A stretch of 64,000 nucleotides of DNA, from NCBI GenBank assembly GCA_951406725.2, contig OX597819.1, positions 80,910,001 through 80,974,000 of the forward strand. Reading direction: 5' to 3'. The DNA is from Octopus vulgaris. Lineage: Eukaryota. Shown here in pieces: positions 12,922 to 24,591 of this stretch (position 1 is its first letter; every line of letters begins with the position of its first letter). The notes beneath the pieces are model-generated. The model did not search any database and was not told where the DNA came from. It saw only the letters and a program-made list of their open reading frames with translations. The position numbers and the translations under genes are program-made.

Positions 12922-14097
12922 GGCACCGCGAGTGTCGCGTTGCTCTCAAGCAACTCTGCCGTCCTGGGTCGACTTTGAGTGACTTCATCACAACCAAAGC
13001 ATTCTATAGGGGATTAGTGGAGGGGAGGTACGACGACGAGCTCGGGGCGAACCTGGACGTCGACGAGGAGTACCTGACCCGCCTATTCAGGACGACTTTC
13101 GGGCCAGGGCCCATGGACAACTTCCAGAGCTCCCTGGCCTGGCAGTGTTACCGAGAAGCGCTACCCGTTCGGGATAAGCTCTACAGACACGGCTCGGGAA
13201 ACACGGGGCCGACCTGCCCGAGATGCGGTCAGAGCGACGAAACCGTTCTGCACGCACTCGTGCAGTGTCCAGCAATTTACGACCTGTGGGCTTATGTCGA
13301 ACAACTGCTGTTACGTGTGGGACGAGTCGGTTTATCAGCTGAGTCTATCGTCAATATTGCCACGCCTCCTTCCTTCAAACGGGAAGGAAGAGCTATTTTC
13401 ATCATCCTTGTGGCTATGGCGAAAGAATGTATCTGGTGGACGCGTCTGAAGGGATTGGAGACAAACACTTTCCTCTCTGGTCAATCTCTCATCAACTTCT
13501 TCAAGTACCACTTGAAAAGGAAAGTGAGAGTAGAGAGGCAAGTTTTGTCTAGCGAATGTTTTAAAAAAAGATGGGTAAATGTAGCAAGGATGGCACGTAT
13601 GAATGACGAAGCCACCTTGAGCATAATCCTATGAACCCAGAAATTGAAAACAGAGGGTTACCCACTTGCAAACAAATGTGGTAACATATAACAATATTGA
13701 CCAAGGTTACCGTGGTCTTTTTCGTAGGCTTTTCTTCCCACGGATAAACCTTACTTGCTTTCCCCTTTACACCATATATCATAACACTGTGATACACGAT
13801 CCCTATTGATCGTTTTTTTTCCTCTTCCCCTTTTTTCCCCTTTTTTCTTCTTTTTTCATTTCTCTTTTCTTTTGTTCCTTTTCCTTTTCTTTTTTTTCTT
13901 TTTCTTTTTTTCTTTTTTATTTTCTTTTATTTTTTTTTGTTCTTTTCTTCCCTTTTACGATCCCTCTTGATCGAAAACCTACGCCACCCCCTTTTTTTTG
14001 TTTCTTTTGTTTTTTGTTTTTTTCATCCCCCAAAAGAAAAGCTCTACCTTGTAACTTGTCCCATCTGTGTGCAGCCCTGTGTGGCCAATAAAGAAAC
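12921..14097 (+). mobile_element. 5'-truncated Tx1/L1-clade LINE (ORF2 C-terminus to 13634, T-rich 3' UTR) in (TCTA)n
   Basis: Open frame with zf-RVT-type CPRC..ETVLHALVQC motif; ends ccaataaagaaac followed by (tcta)n. Confidence 0.8.
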
Positions 14098-14175
<78 letters not shown>

Positions 14176-14290
14176 GTTTATAGTCAGCTTGTCTCTCTGT
14201 CTCTCCGTCTCTCTCTCTATCTATCTGTCAGTCTGCCGATCCACACACACATACATGCACTCACACACTCATACACACACACGCGCATAC

Positions 14291-14744
14291 ACGCAAACTC
14301 ACTCCCACACGTTCGCACACTGACGTGTTCTGTGCCGAGGAAACTAAATAATTAGAACTCAGTTTGTTATGAAATACAACTAAATGGGCTGAAGACTATT
14401 TTCTTTCGCTTATTCACTCATCCACATAGATACACACTTGCAAGCACGCGCACACATACACATACATACACCCACCACGCGCACACACGCAAACTCAGTC
14501 CCACACGCAAAGTCACTCCCACACGCAAAAATCACTTCCACACGCAAAAATCACTTCCATACGCAAACTCACTCCCACACGTTCGCACACGGACGTGCTC
14601 TGTGCCGAGGAAACTAAGTAATTAGAACTCAGTTTGTTATGAAATACAACTAAATGGGCTGAAGACTATTTTCTTTCGCTTATTCACTCATGCACATAGA
14701 TACACATTTGCAAGCACGCGCACACATACACATACATACACCCA

Positions 14745-14746
<2 letters not shown>
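14291..14746. repeat. Tandem duplication (~186-bp copies, 270-bp period) with a ~20-bp acacgcaaa..cactccc subrepeat
   Basis: 14291-14476 matches 14561-14746. Confidence 0.85.
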
Positions 14747-14809
<63 letters not shown>

Positions 14810-14990
14810 TTTTATTCTTTTATTGTTTTTCCTTGTTTCAGTCATTTTACCACGGCCACGCTGGAGCACCACCTTTAGTCTAACAAACCGACCCCAAGAC
14901 TTATTCTTGCCGAGCCGCTAAGTTACAGGGACATAAACACAACAACATCGGTTGTCAAACAATGGTAGGGGACAAACACAGACACAGACA
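14810..14990 (-). mobile_element. SINE family A, tail half only
   Basis: cttgtttcagtcatt...gacaaacacagacac. Confidence 0.75.
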
Positions 14991-15001
14991 TATATATATA
15001 T

Positions 15002-15163
15002 AGGCGCAGGAGTGGCTGTGTAGTAAGTAGCTTGTTTACCAACCACATGGTTCCAGGTTCAATCCCACTGCGTGGCACCTTGGGCAAGTGTCTTCTACTA
15101 TAGCCTCGGGCCGACCAATGCCTTGTGAGTGGATTTGGTAGACGGAAACTGAAAGAAGCCTGT

Positions 15164-15194
<31 letters not shown>

Positions 15195-15404
15195 TTGTGT
15201 GTCTGTGTTTGTCCCCCTAGCATTGCTTGACAACCGTTGCTGGTGTGTTTACGTCCCCGTCACTTAGTGGTTCGGCAAAAGAGACCGATAGAATAAGTCC
15301 CAGGGTCTTACAAAGAATAAGTCCTGGGGTCGATTTGCTCGACTAAAGGTGGTGCTCCAGCATGGCCGCAGTCAAATGACTGAAGCAAGTAAAAGAGTAA
15401 AAGA

Positions 15405-15406
<2 letters not shown>
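15002..15406 (+). mobile_element. SINE family A, full length (reference copy)
   Basis: A-box-like tggctgtgtagt, B box ggttcaatccc, CORE-like caccttgggcaagtgtcttc, (TA)(TG) spacer, stem-loop tail and (gtaaaaga) repeats. Confidence 0.9.
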
Positions 15407-15447
<41 letters not shown>

Positions 15448-15449
<2 letters not shown>

Positions 15450-15720
15450 GGAGTAAACACATAAATGTGAAACAAGGTGGAAAAAAGAGTACTCAAATAC
15501 CAGTGGTAGAGTAATATGCTTTATTTTAAGCAGCAGAAAATTCAACAAAATCTGTTACTCTGAGTTTCTCGTTGCCGTTCATCAGACAGTTTTTGCTAGA
15601 ATGGAACTTATATATCAATTCAATCTATACTCTTACAAACGCTACACCTTTAAAAAGAAATGGACTTGTTTGATTGGCCCTGGCCAATCAAACAAGTCCA
15701 TTTCTTTAAAGGTGTAGCAC
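15448..15720 (-). mobile_element. Penelope-like remnant with terminal palindrome (15641-15718)
   Basis: Homologous to 9869-10020; gctacacctttaaa..tggcc ct ggcca..tttaaaggtgtagc. Confidence 0.65.
15552..15589 (-). ncRNA. Minimal hammerhead ribozyme, canonical core
   Basis: Minus strand: ctgt-CTGATGA-ACGgcaaCGA-GAAA-CTCAGAG-TA-acag. Confidence 0.7.
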
Positions 15721-15756
15721 ATGTATGTGTATATAGATCTATATGTATATTTATAA

Positions 15757-15804
<48 letters not shown>

Positions 15805-15808
<4 letters not shown>

Positions 15809-16500
15809 CAGAATGTGTGTCTATATGTCTATCTCTGTGAATCCCTAAAACTTAAAAACTACACAACCGTTTTCATTAAATTAAATGTCTTATTTAAGGT
15901 CCAGGTAGTGTCATGGGCTCAAAATATTTCCAACGTCTTGCCTAATGCGAGCGCAGAGCAATCTCTTATCTCTTCCATATTACATATCAAAAGTCAAACA
16001 ATAACATCTCTCTGTTGTAGTGTTAGATACTTTCACTTTTATATTTTCTTTTACTTTACTTGTTTCAGTCATTTGACTGCGGCCATGCTGGAGCACCGCC
16101 TTTAGTCGAGCAAATCGACCCGGGATTTATTCTTTGTAAGCCCCAGTACTTATTCTATCCGTCTATTTTGCCGAACCGCTAAGTGACGGGGACGTAAACA
16201 CACCAGCATTGGTTGTCAAGCAATGCTAGGGGGACAAACACAGACACACAAACACACACACACATACATATACATATGCATATATACAACAGGCTTCTTT
16301 CAGTTTCCGTCTACCAAATCCACTCACAAGGCATTGGTCGGCCCGGGGCTATAGCAGATGACACTTGCCCAAGATGCCACGCAGTGGGACTGAACCCAGA
16401 ACCATGTGGCTGGTTAGCAAGCTACTTACCACACAGCCACTCCTGCGCCTTTATAGTTTAACTATTAATACTGAACATAAGAAAGTGAAACTATTATCTC
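15805..16500 (+). mobile_element. Helitron-like repeat interrupted by SINE family A (16050-16451, minus strand)
   Basis: Homologous to the uninterrupted copy at 17172-17480. Confidence 0.6.
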
Positions 16501-16756
16501 TATATATAATGCATACATACATACATACATATATATATCGGTTTTTTCAACTATCAAAGTATGTCACTAGTTTTCCAGAAATGAGTTCTACTGACGTATC
16601 AAGGTTCATCAAAATCAATAAAACGATATAGGAGGAGTTAGATAACAATGCCACAAACAAACACACCCACAGATTTCCACATATGTAGTAGATATGTATA
16701 GATATATGCATGCATGTATATATGTCTTTATATATGTATATATAGATGTAATATGT

Positions 16757-16799
<43 letters not shown>

Positions 16800-16824
16800 C
16801 ATATATACATGCATACATATATTT

Positions 16825-16885
<61 letters not shown>

Positions 16886-17052
16886 CCTATATACATATAT
16901 ATACATATACATTCATATATGCATGCATATATACATATACATATATATAACGGGAAGTTTTACGAAAATAAACAAAAGACGAAGGCAGGTTGAGTACAAA
17001 CAAACAAATGTATTAGTATGGCGCTCAGGATTAGAAATAGAACAGAACAAGT

Positions 17053-17088
17053 CTTTTACGTTTCGAGCCTACGCTCTTCGACAGAAAG
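17053..17088 (-). ncRNA. Minimal hammerhead ribozyme (A6U) within a Penelope-like remnant ~16950-17160
   Basis: Minus strand: cttt-CTGTCGA-A-GAGCgtagGCTC-GAAA-CG-TA-aaag. Confidence 0.6.
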
Positions 17089-17171
17089 ATACACAGAAAA
17101 AAAAAACAAGGAGAGAAAAAAATGCGTGTAGGAGCTAACGATCTATCATGGCGGTCATGATACATATATAT

Positions 17172-17480
17172 ACTATATAAATAAAGATGAGAGTATGTGT
17201 GTGTGAGTGTTTGTGTGTGTTTGTGTATGTTTGGCTGTGTTAATCCCGAAAACTATAGAACTACACAACCGATTTCATTCAAATTTTACACATGCCTTAA
17301 TTAGGGTCCATGGAAAGATTTTGCAACTTCTTGCCTAATGCGAGCCCAGTGCAATCTCTTATGTCTTATTTCAGTATCAAAAGTGAAACAATAATATCTC
17401 CCTATTGTAATGTGAAATACGTTCACTTTAATATTTTCAATATTAATACTGAAACTATTAAAGTGAAACTATTATCTCAC
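17172..17480 (+). mobile_element. Helitron-like repeat fragment
   Basis: tactatataaataaag..(gt)n..acacaaccgatttcattcaaattttacac. Confidence 0.55.
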
Positions 17481-17505
17481 ATATATACATGCATACATAC
17501 ATAGT

Positions 17506-17539
<34 letters not shown>

Positions 17540-17614
17540 CCAGGTGGTGCTATTAAGTTGGACATGGCCTGGGCCAATAATGGCCGAAACCTATCAAAGT
17601 ATCAAAGTATCAAA

Positions 17615-17617
<3 letters not shown>
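17540..17617 (+). mobile_element. Extreme 3' fragment of a CR1-group LINE in (TA)n
   Basis: caggtggtgctattaagttggacatggcc..gaaac plus (tatcaaag)3; matches 22487-22540. Confidence 0.85.
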
Positions 17618-17680
<63 letters not shown>

Positions 17681-17681
17681 T

Positions 17682-18025
<344 letters not shown>

Positions 18026-18215
18026 CCCTAATTCCTATAACTAAAAAATTCTTCTAGCAGTCAGTTGCAAGCAGAGTTTTGGTCAGTTAGCATCTGAACT
18101 ACACAACCTCATATGTTCCTAAAATTTATATCTACATCTTTATCTGTATATTTACCTTCCCTAAAATGTTACTACTTGATTTGAAAGCTGTTTATATTAT
18201 TGGAAAACTTATATA

Positions 18216-18306
18216 AATTTGCTGAAGAGTTCTCAGCATCTTAAATCTGCTGTAATATTTACAGCTTTTAATAAAGTGTTGTAGTATGAAACAATTGTAC
18301 TAAATT
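18216..18306 (+). ncRNA. Type-I hammerhead ribozyme in a Penelope-like remnant (~18026-18335)
   Basis: aatttg-CTGAAGA-gttctcagcat..gtgttgtagtat-GAAA-CAATTG-TA-ctaaatt; stems partly decayed. Confidence 0.65.
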
Positions 18307-18554
18307 ACCGGAATCATTCTTGTTGCTTATTTTGGATTATATATATATATATATATATATATATAAGTATACATCTGCACATATGTATATATATATAATT
18401 GTTAGGATATTCCCTATTTTTCACGCGCACATGGCTACACTAAAAGCCATTCTTGCCAACGAATCCAGTACAACAAATGACCAAATTCCAACAGGTCAGG
18501 GGTAACTTCAACAGCAACAATCAACTGACCTACTTCCATTGACAACAGCACCTG

Positions 18555-19499
18555 ATGAACCAAGTCAAGTTTCACCTTCGCTACAGCAACAAAAACCAAC
18601 AACAACAACAACAACACTCTAATACTACCACTAGTCAAGTTCCAATGCTGCTACAACAAAAACAACTCTCCACTACTGCCACAATAGGAAAATCACTACT
18701 ACATCCGCGTAAAACTATCTGCCATTACTACTCTCAAGGCAGCTGCAGATTTGACCACATTCTGGCAAGCCAGAACCCACCATCACAAAATCAACAAGCT
18801 GCTTCTAACACCACTGCTACTACTGCCAAAATAGAAAAACCACTACTACAACCAAATAAAACCCCCTGCCGTTACTATTCTAAAGGCAATTGTAGATTTG
18901 GCCCCAGCGGCACAAACAAAAATGGACGCTGTGCTTTTCCCCACCCAACCTTATGTCGTAGACTTGCTATGGGCACCTGTCCATACGGTATAACAGGAAA
19001 AAATTGCCCCCACCTCCACCCCAAATACTGTCCTAAATACAGAATCTATGGTTCTGATCCTAAATACGGATGCATAAGAGGCAATGGATGCACCTTATTC
19101 CATCCTAAACTGTGCCAAACTTCTGTCTCACAAAGGATGTGCCTGAACCCAGAATGCAACCACCACCATCTGAAGGGCACAAAACGATCACAAAATAGAT
19201 ATAAACAGGAACAGAGGAAATCTAGGACAACAACAAGAACAAAATACAACCACGTTTCCCCTCCTACAATCAAACAACGTAGACAGAACCATGAAAAAAC
19301 ACCAAATAACGCCAACTTGAAATATGTATCCTCTGACCAAGTGGCAAACCAAACAAGTAACTCTTTTTTACTGACATACCTGAAAAATATGAAGGCCGAC
19401 CTAAGCCAGGAGATCCAGCGAGCCATCATCAACCATCTATGCAAATCACAAGGACCACTCACCCATTACCAACTTCCCTTACCTCGACATTCCTGTTAA
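18555..19499 (+). CDS. LINE ORF1 with tandem CCCH-type zinc fingers and Q/T-rich N-terminus (true start possibly ATG 18431, disrupted)
   Basis: CRYYSKGNC..CAFPH, CRRLAMGTC..CPHLH, CPKY..GC..CTLFH, CQTS..MC..ECNHHH, plus a partial CHYYSQGSCRF. Confidence 0.8.
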   Translation: MNQVKFHLRYSNKNQQQQQQHSNTTTSQVPMLLQQKQLSTTATIGKSLLHPRKTICHYYSQGSCRFDHILASQNPPSQNQQAASNTTATTAKIEKPLLQPNKTPCRYYSKGNCRFGPSGTNKNGRCAFPHPTLCRRLAMGTCPYGITGKNCPHLHPKYCPKYRIYGSDPKYGCIRGNGCTLFHPKLCQTSVSQRMCLNPECNHHHLKGTKRSQNRYKQEQRKSRTTTRTKYNHVSPPTIKQRRQNHEKTPNNANLKYVSSDQVANQTSNSFLLTYLKNMKADLSQEIQRAIINHLCKSQGPLTHYQLPLPRHSC

Positions 19500-20434
19500 A
19501 TGTACGTGGCATCAACCCATCAATTATTGCCCAAAAATGGAAGATCCCATATATAGAGAGTTGGCTTGCCGAAATGGCACATTGCTTCCCTTTCTTTATC
19601 CTTACCGAGACTCACCTGAACAACACCCATATGGACGCAGAGGTGAAAATAAAAGATTTCACCATTGTTCGTGCGGATCGCACAGACCGAAATAAGGGAG
19701 GGACAGCCATCTTTATCCATGACTCCTTTTCACTTGATGCCAAGGACACATTTTCCAATGGCTACTGTGAATCGGTATCACTATACAACAAAGCCAAGGA
19801 CATAACCATTGTTGGTCTTTACAGGCCTCCCCAGGCACCTCTAAAGTACTTTGAAGAGTGCCTTAGCAAAGTCAAGTCCTTCCTTCGGAAGTACCACTCC
19901 GGAAACATACTAGTGATGGGTGATTTTAACCTCCCTCATGTGAACTGGCCCACAAATACTCCGAAGTTAGGCAAGTGCTCTACATCAGATAGGGCAGCAG
20001 CAGAACTGCTCTTTAATCTGATGGATGAGTATTTCCTGACTCAGCTAGTGCTTGAACCAACGAGACAGAATAAAACGATCTTGGATCTGGTATTGACCAA
20101 TCACTTTAGCTACGTTCACAGCATTTCAGTCGAAAAAACTCTCCTCTCAGACCACGACATGGTACTCTGCAATCTTAATTCCCGACATATAAAAACCAAA
20201 CCAGCCAATCCCACTCCATGGCACCCATTTGACAACATAAACTTCCACAAAGCGGACTGGGGAACAATCAGAAAGGATCTGTCTTCCACCGACTGGTCTT
20301 TTACTCTCAATTCCCCTCATATTGAGACCGCGTGGCAGCACTTTGAAACCATTGTCACCTATACATGCTCTAAACACGCTCCCAAGAAATCTACTAACAC
20401 AAACAGAAACCGGCTCCCTAAAAAGAAAAAAAAA
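19439..20434 (+). CDS. LINE ORF2 N-terminal part: APE endonuclease
   Basis: LNVRG, LTETHL, GGTAIF, YRPP, MGDFN, LDLVL, SDH motifs; frameshift in the A9 run at 20426-20434. Confidence 0.9.
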
Positions 20435-22449
20435 CACTCATCAGGCGCATCAAAAGACTCAACAAAAAAATCAACCAATTAAAATATTGCCACACACAAC
20501 ATCCACATTCAACAACAATGAAAAGACTAGAGCTGGAAAAACTTCATCTGCAGACTAACATGAAAACCTCCATTGAAAATCAAAGAGCTGTGGAGGAACA
20601 ATGGGTAATCAAAAACATCAAACAGAACCCAAAAGTGTTCTATTCTTATGCAAATAAGCATAGAACCACTGTCTCACCCATTGGGCCATTGATTGATGAT
20701 AACGGCATTCCCCAACACGATGCTAAAGAAATGGCAGAAATACTGCAGAAACAATACTGCTCTGTCTTCAGTGTTCCCACTGATATTGACGTGAGGGAAA
20801 CGAACGAAGTTGACTCCCAACACAAAATCGCAGACATAACCTTCACTGCCACCGACATCGTAGCAGCAATAAATGAGGTGAAACATTACTCTGCTGTAGG
20901 CCCTGATAGATTTCCCGCTAGTCTCCTGAAGGAATGTAGATATCAACTTGCAGTCCCTCTGACCAACCTCTGGAGAAACTCGTTAGACGCAGGTTATATA
21001 CCGAAACAGTTTCTATCCCAGTCGGTCATCCCGGTTTTCAAACAGGGAAACAGATCCTTCGCAGTCAACTATCGCCCAATCTCACTCACCTCCCACATCA
21101 TTAAAGTGTTTGAAAGAGTGTTAAGATCAAGGATAGCTGACTTCCTGGAGACCCACAAACTCCTAAATTCAAATCAGCATGGCTTTCGCTGTGGCAGGGA
21201 CTGTCTAATACAGCTCTTACACCACATTGAAGATGTACTCAAAGCCTTGGGAACAGGTTCGAACTCTGACGTCATATATCTTGACTTCAGTAAAGCGTTC
21301 GACAGGGTAGACCATAACATCCTACTCTCAAAATTGGCAAATGTTGGAATCCGTGGAAAAGTTCTACACTGGATTCAGTATTTCCTGGTGAATAGAACAC
21401 AACATGTTGTAGTTGATGGAGTCCACTCAAACCCAGCAAAAGTCACCAGCGGTGTTCCCCAGAGAACTGTTTTGGGTCCGCTACTCTTCATAATTTACGT
21501 AAACGACCTTTCCAGTGTCGTACATCACTGCAAAGTGAAAATATTCGCTGATGACACTAAGCTCCAGCAAATCGTCAATGAAGAAGCAGACCGAACTCAA
21601 CTCCAGTCTGATCTATATGCTGTGAGTCAATGGGCAGACAGAAACAAAATGCAACTGAATGAGGGAAAATTTGAGCTGATGCATTTTGGAAGAAATTCCT
21701 CACTAAAACAACCATACTCTCTTCCTTCAGGGGAACCACTCACAGCCTCTAACAATATCAGAGACCTGGGTGTAATTGTTGATGACGATCTCAGTTGGAG
21801 TGCACACATCAACAAGAAGGTCGATATAGCTCGTAGGATGAGTTCCTGGATCTTAAGAACTTTCCGGTCCAGAGAACAAGGTGTCATCATACCACTTTTT
21901 TCCTCCTTTGTACGGCCACACCTTGAATACTGCTGCCCACTGTGGTCTCCTCACACAAGACAAAACATCTCCAGAATTGAGTCACCCCAGAGGGCTCTCA
22001 CTAAACAAATTGAAGGCATGGCTGCTCTCGATTATTGGGATCGCCTTAAAGCCTTGAAACTTTACTCCCTCCAGCGTCGCCGTGAGCGGTACATCATTTA
22101 TACGATGTGGAAAATATACCGCCAACTTTGCCTAAACGACCTAAACATTAGCTTCAAGGTTCATCCAAGACTTGGACCACGGGCTATACGTCCCCTGCCA
22201 AATTCAAGATCACAACATACATGTACACTGCAACATAATTTCTTTTCCTCAACAGGCCCTGCCCTATTTAACATTGTCCCGAGGGAGATCAAAGAGGAAA
22301 AGGATCCCATCAACTTTAAACAGAGTCTGGATAGATTCCTTCAAAGAATACCAGATAAGCCACCCATAATTGGATACAACTCACCCAACAAGAACTCACT
22401 ACTTGAACAAAACTGGATACAACTCACCCAACAAGAACTCACTACTTGA
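20434..22449 (+). CDS. LINE ORF2 C-terminal part: reverse transcriptase (CR1 type)
   Basis: NYRPISLTS, QHGFR, YLDFSKAFD, SGVPQRTVLGP, FADD, RPHLEYC..WSPH, SLQRRR. Confidence 0.93.
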   Translation, partial: TLIRRIKRLNKKINQLKYCHTQHPHSTTMKRLELEKLHLQTNMKTSIENQRAVEEQWVIKNIKQNPKVFYSYANKHRTTVSPIGPLIDDNGIPQHDAKEMAEILQKQYCSVFSVPTDIDVRETNEVDSQHKIADITFTATDIVAAINEVKHYSAVGPDRFPASLLKECRYQLAVPLTNLWRNSLDAGYIPKQFLSQSVIPVFKQGNRSFAVNYRPISLTSHIIKVFERVLRSRIADFLETHKLLNSNQHGFRCGRDCLIQLLHHIEDVLKALGTGSNSDVIYLDFSKAFDRVDHNILLSKLANVGIRGKVLHWIQYFLVNRTQHVVVDGVHSNPAKVTSGVPQRTVLGPLLFIIYVNDLSSVVHHCKVKIFADDTKLQQIVNEEADRTQLQSDLYAVSQWADRNKMQLNEGKFELMHFGRNSSLKQPYSLPSGEPLTASNNIRDLGVIVDDDLSWSAHINKKVDIARRMSSWILRTFRSREQGVIIPLFSSFVRPHLEYCCPLWSPHTRQNISRIESPQRALTKQIEGMAALDYWDRLKALKLYSLQRRRERYIIYTMWKIYRQLCLNDLNISFKVHPRLGPRAIRPLPNSRSQHTCTLQHNFFSSTGPALFNIVPREIKEEKDPINFKQSLDRFLQRIPDKPPIIGYNSPNKNSLLEQNWIQLTQQELTT

Positions 22450-22569
22450 ACAAAACTTGACTTAAACAGGATTCGAATAATCCTATCAGGTGGTGCTATT
22501 AAGTTAGACATGGCCTGGACCAATCTCTGGTCGAAACATATCTAAGTTTTTATCTAAGTTTTTTTTAAT

Positions 22570-22682
22570 ATATAGATAGATGTATGTGTATCGATGTATA
22601 TGTATACACATATATACATACATGCATATATTTATACATATATATACATACATATATACATATATATACATACATATATACG

Positions 22683-22718
<36 letters not shown>

Positions 22719-23310
22719 CCTATATACATATATACATATATATACATACATATATATACCTATATACATACCTACATAGATATACATACATACATAGATA
22801 TACATACATACATACATAGATATACATACATACATATATACATACATAGATATAGTTACATATACATACAGATATACATACATATACATACATATATACA
22901 TACATATACACACATATATACATATATATACATATATACATATATATACATACATATATACATACATATATGCATATATATACATACATATATACATATA
23001 TATACATACATATATACATATATATACATACATATATACATATGTATACATACATATATACATATATATATACATACATATATACATATATATATACATA
23101 CATATATACATATATATACATACATATATACATATACATATATGCACATATATAAATACATATACATACATATATACATATACATATATATACATACATA
23201 TATACATATGTACATATATATACATATATATACATATATATACCTACACATACACATACATACATACATACATACATATATACGTACGTACATACATACA
23301 TACATACGTA
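22570..23310. repeat. Complex (TA)/(TACA) microsatellite
   Basis: Low-complexity tata/taca array. Confidence 0.95.
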
Positions 23311-23986
23311 CAGGAATGCTGTACCGGTGATAAATTTTCCAGGCACGGAATGTCAGTGCCAACGGCATGTCTTAGATGTGGGCTGGACGATGAAACCTTC
23401 CACCACGATCTTGTACAGTGCCGAGAGCCTTCAATCTTGATAACTTACGTAGAACACGTTTTGTCACATCTAGGTAGAGTACAGCTTTCAGCTGAGTCTA
23501 TAATAAAGATTGTACCGCCAACCGGACTCCCAAAAGAAGGTGAGGCATGTTTTCTATGTGCAGTTGCAGTGTTGAAAGAGTGTTTGCGGAAGACCAGAAT
23601 GCAAAAACTCGAGACAGGATCCTTCATCTCTGGCTCTGGTTTGCTGACATACTACAGATATCATCTGAAGAGCAAGATAGCGCTGGAGAAGAGATACCTG
23701 TTGCGATGTGAGTTCGAGAAAAGATGGAAGGCTGTGGTAAGAATGGTGGATGCAACTGACCCTGCTTAATCCTTCATGGGAAAAGGAAAAGGTGTAGCCG
23801 CTGCGCTTTTCAGCTCATCAGGTTAAAGTAACCGTCCCCCTAAAAAAAAAAGACAAAACTTTTATTTTTATATACTATTCATAATTTTTAAACCTAGGTA
23901 TCATTCGAAGACACACTAACGATAATTGTTTGTATTATCCTGTTTTGTCCCCTCTATGTATGATAATATTTATCATAATAAAAATT
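23311..23986 (+). mobile_element. 5'-truncated Tx1/L1-clade LINE, second subfamily (ORF to 23769)
   Basis: [28 protein letters not shown] aligns to the 12921 element; 3' tttgtcccctctatgt..aataaa. Confidence 0.75.
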
Positions 23987-24004
23987 CATCTCTAGCAGAG
24001 GAAG

Positions 24005-24112
24005 TGTCCAGTACTGAAGAGAAGCAGAAATAGCCCGAGAACGTGCTAGTCTACAGGTCCCGTCGACAGACGGTGGTAGGATTTCGCTCCTCTGCTCGAA
24101 ATATATCGGATG
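24005..24112 (+). ncRNA. Probable hammerhead ribozyme in a Penelope-like remnant (~23988-24220)
   Basis: tgtcc(agta)-CTGAAGA-GAAGCAGA..TCTGCTC-GAAA-TATA-TC-ggatg; short inverted copy agcagagga upstream. Confidence 0.5.
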
Positions 24113-24591
24113 CAGCTGTGCATCGTTAACGAGCGAGAGAAGGTAGCCTATTGTGGTTAAAAGTTGGAGTAAAGTCCGTTCTAACGGACAGCCATGTTGA
24201 AGTGGCTACGAATGCTACTTATATACATATTTTAACATGTATACATCCTTCATACTTTTCATATTTGCTTTATCACGATAATCTGACACCTGTAAACTAT
24301 TACTATTTGCAAAGTGTGTCAATAGAATTACATCTAACCCTATCGCTAACTGCACTCAGGAACAGAATTGACTTTAGTACGTGTATACCCCAGTTAAGTA
24401 TACCTATACAAAAACGAAGACAGAAAACAAACCAACTGACCTTAACGACAGGCAAAGAAAGAGGTAAAGCCAACGAAATTCAGTTGAATACAACCGGGTA
24501 ATTTCCCACATCAACTCCCTTTGTATGTAACCATTATTGTGTGTGCGCGCGCGCAGGCTGATGCCTGAGGGTCGCATCAGGTGGCTTCTAT

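Larger units (their letters stand above)
18400..22560 (+). mobile_element. Near-full-length CR1-group LINE inserted in TA-rich microsatellite
   Basis: ORF1 plus APE/RT ORF2, short 3' UTR with stem-loop and tatctaagtt repeats; 5' boundary approximate. Confidence 0.92.

Noticed and set aside
15002-15075. tRNA gene
   Set aside because: A/B boxes are present but there is no full cloverleaf; it is the head of a multicopy SINE
18026-18335. 5' UTR of the CR1 LINE with its own ribozyme
   Set aside because: Separated from the LINE by (TA)n and built like the other Penelope-type remnants; probably an independent insertion, though linkage should be checked in other copies
19046-22523. Antisense and alternate-frame ORFs over the LINE
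   Set aside because: Shadow ORFs of the real ORF1 and ORF2
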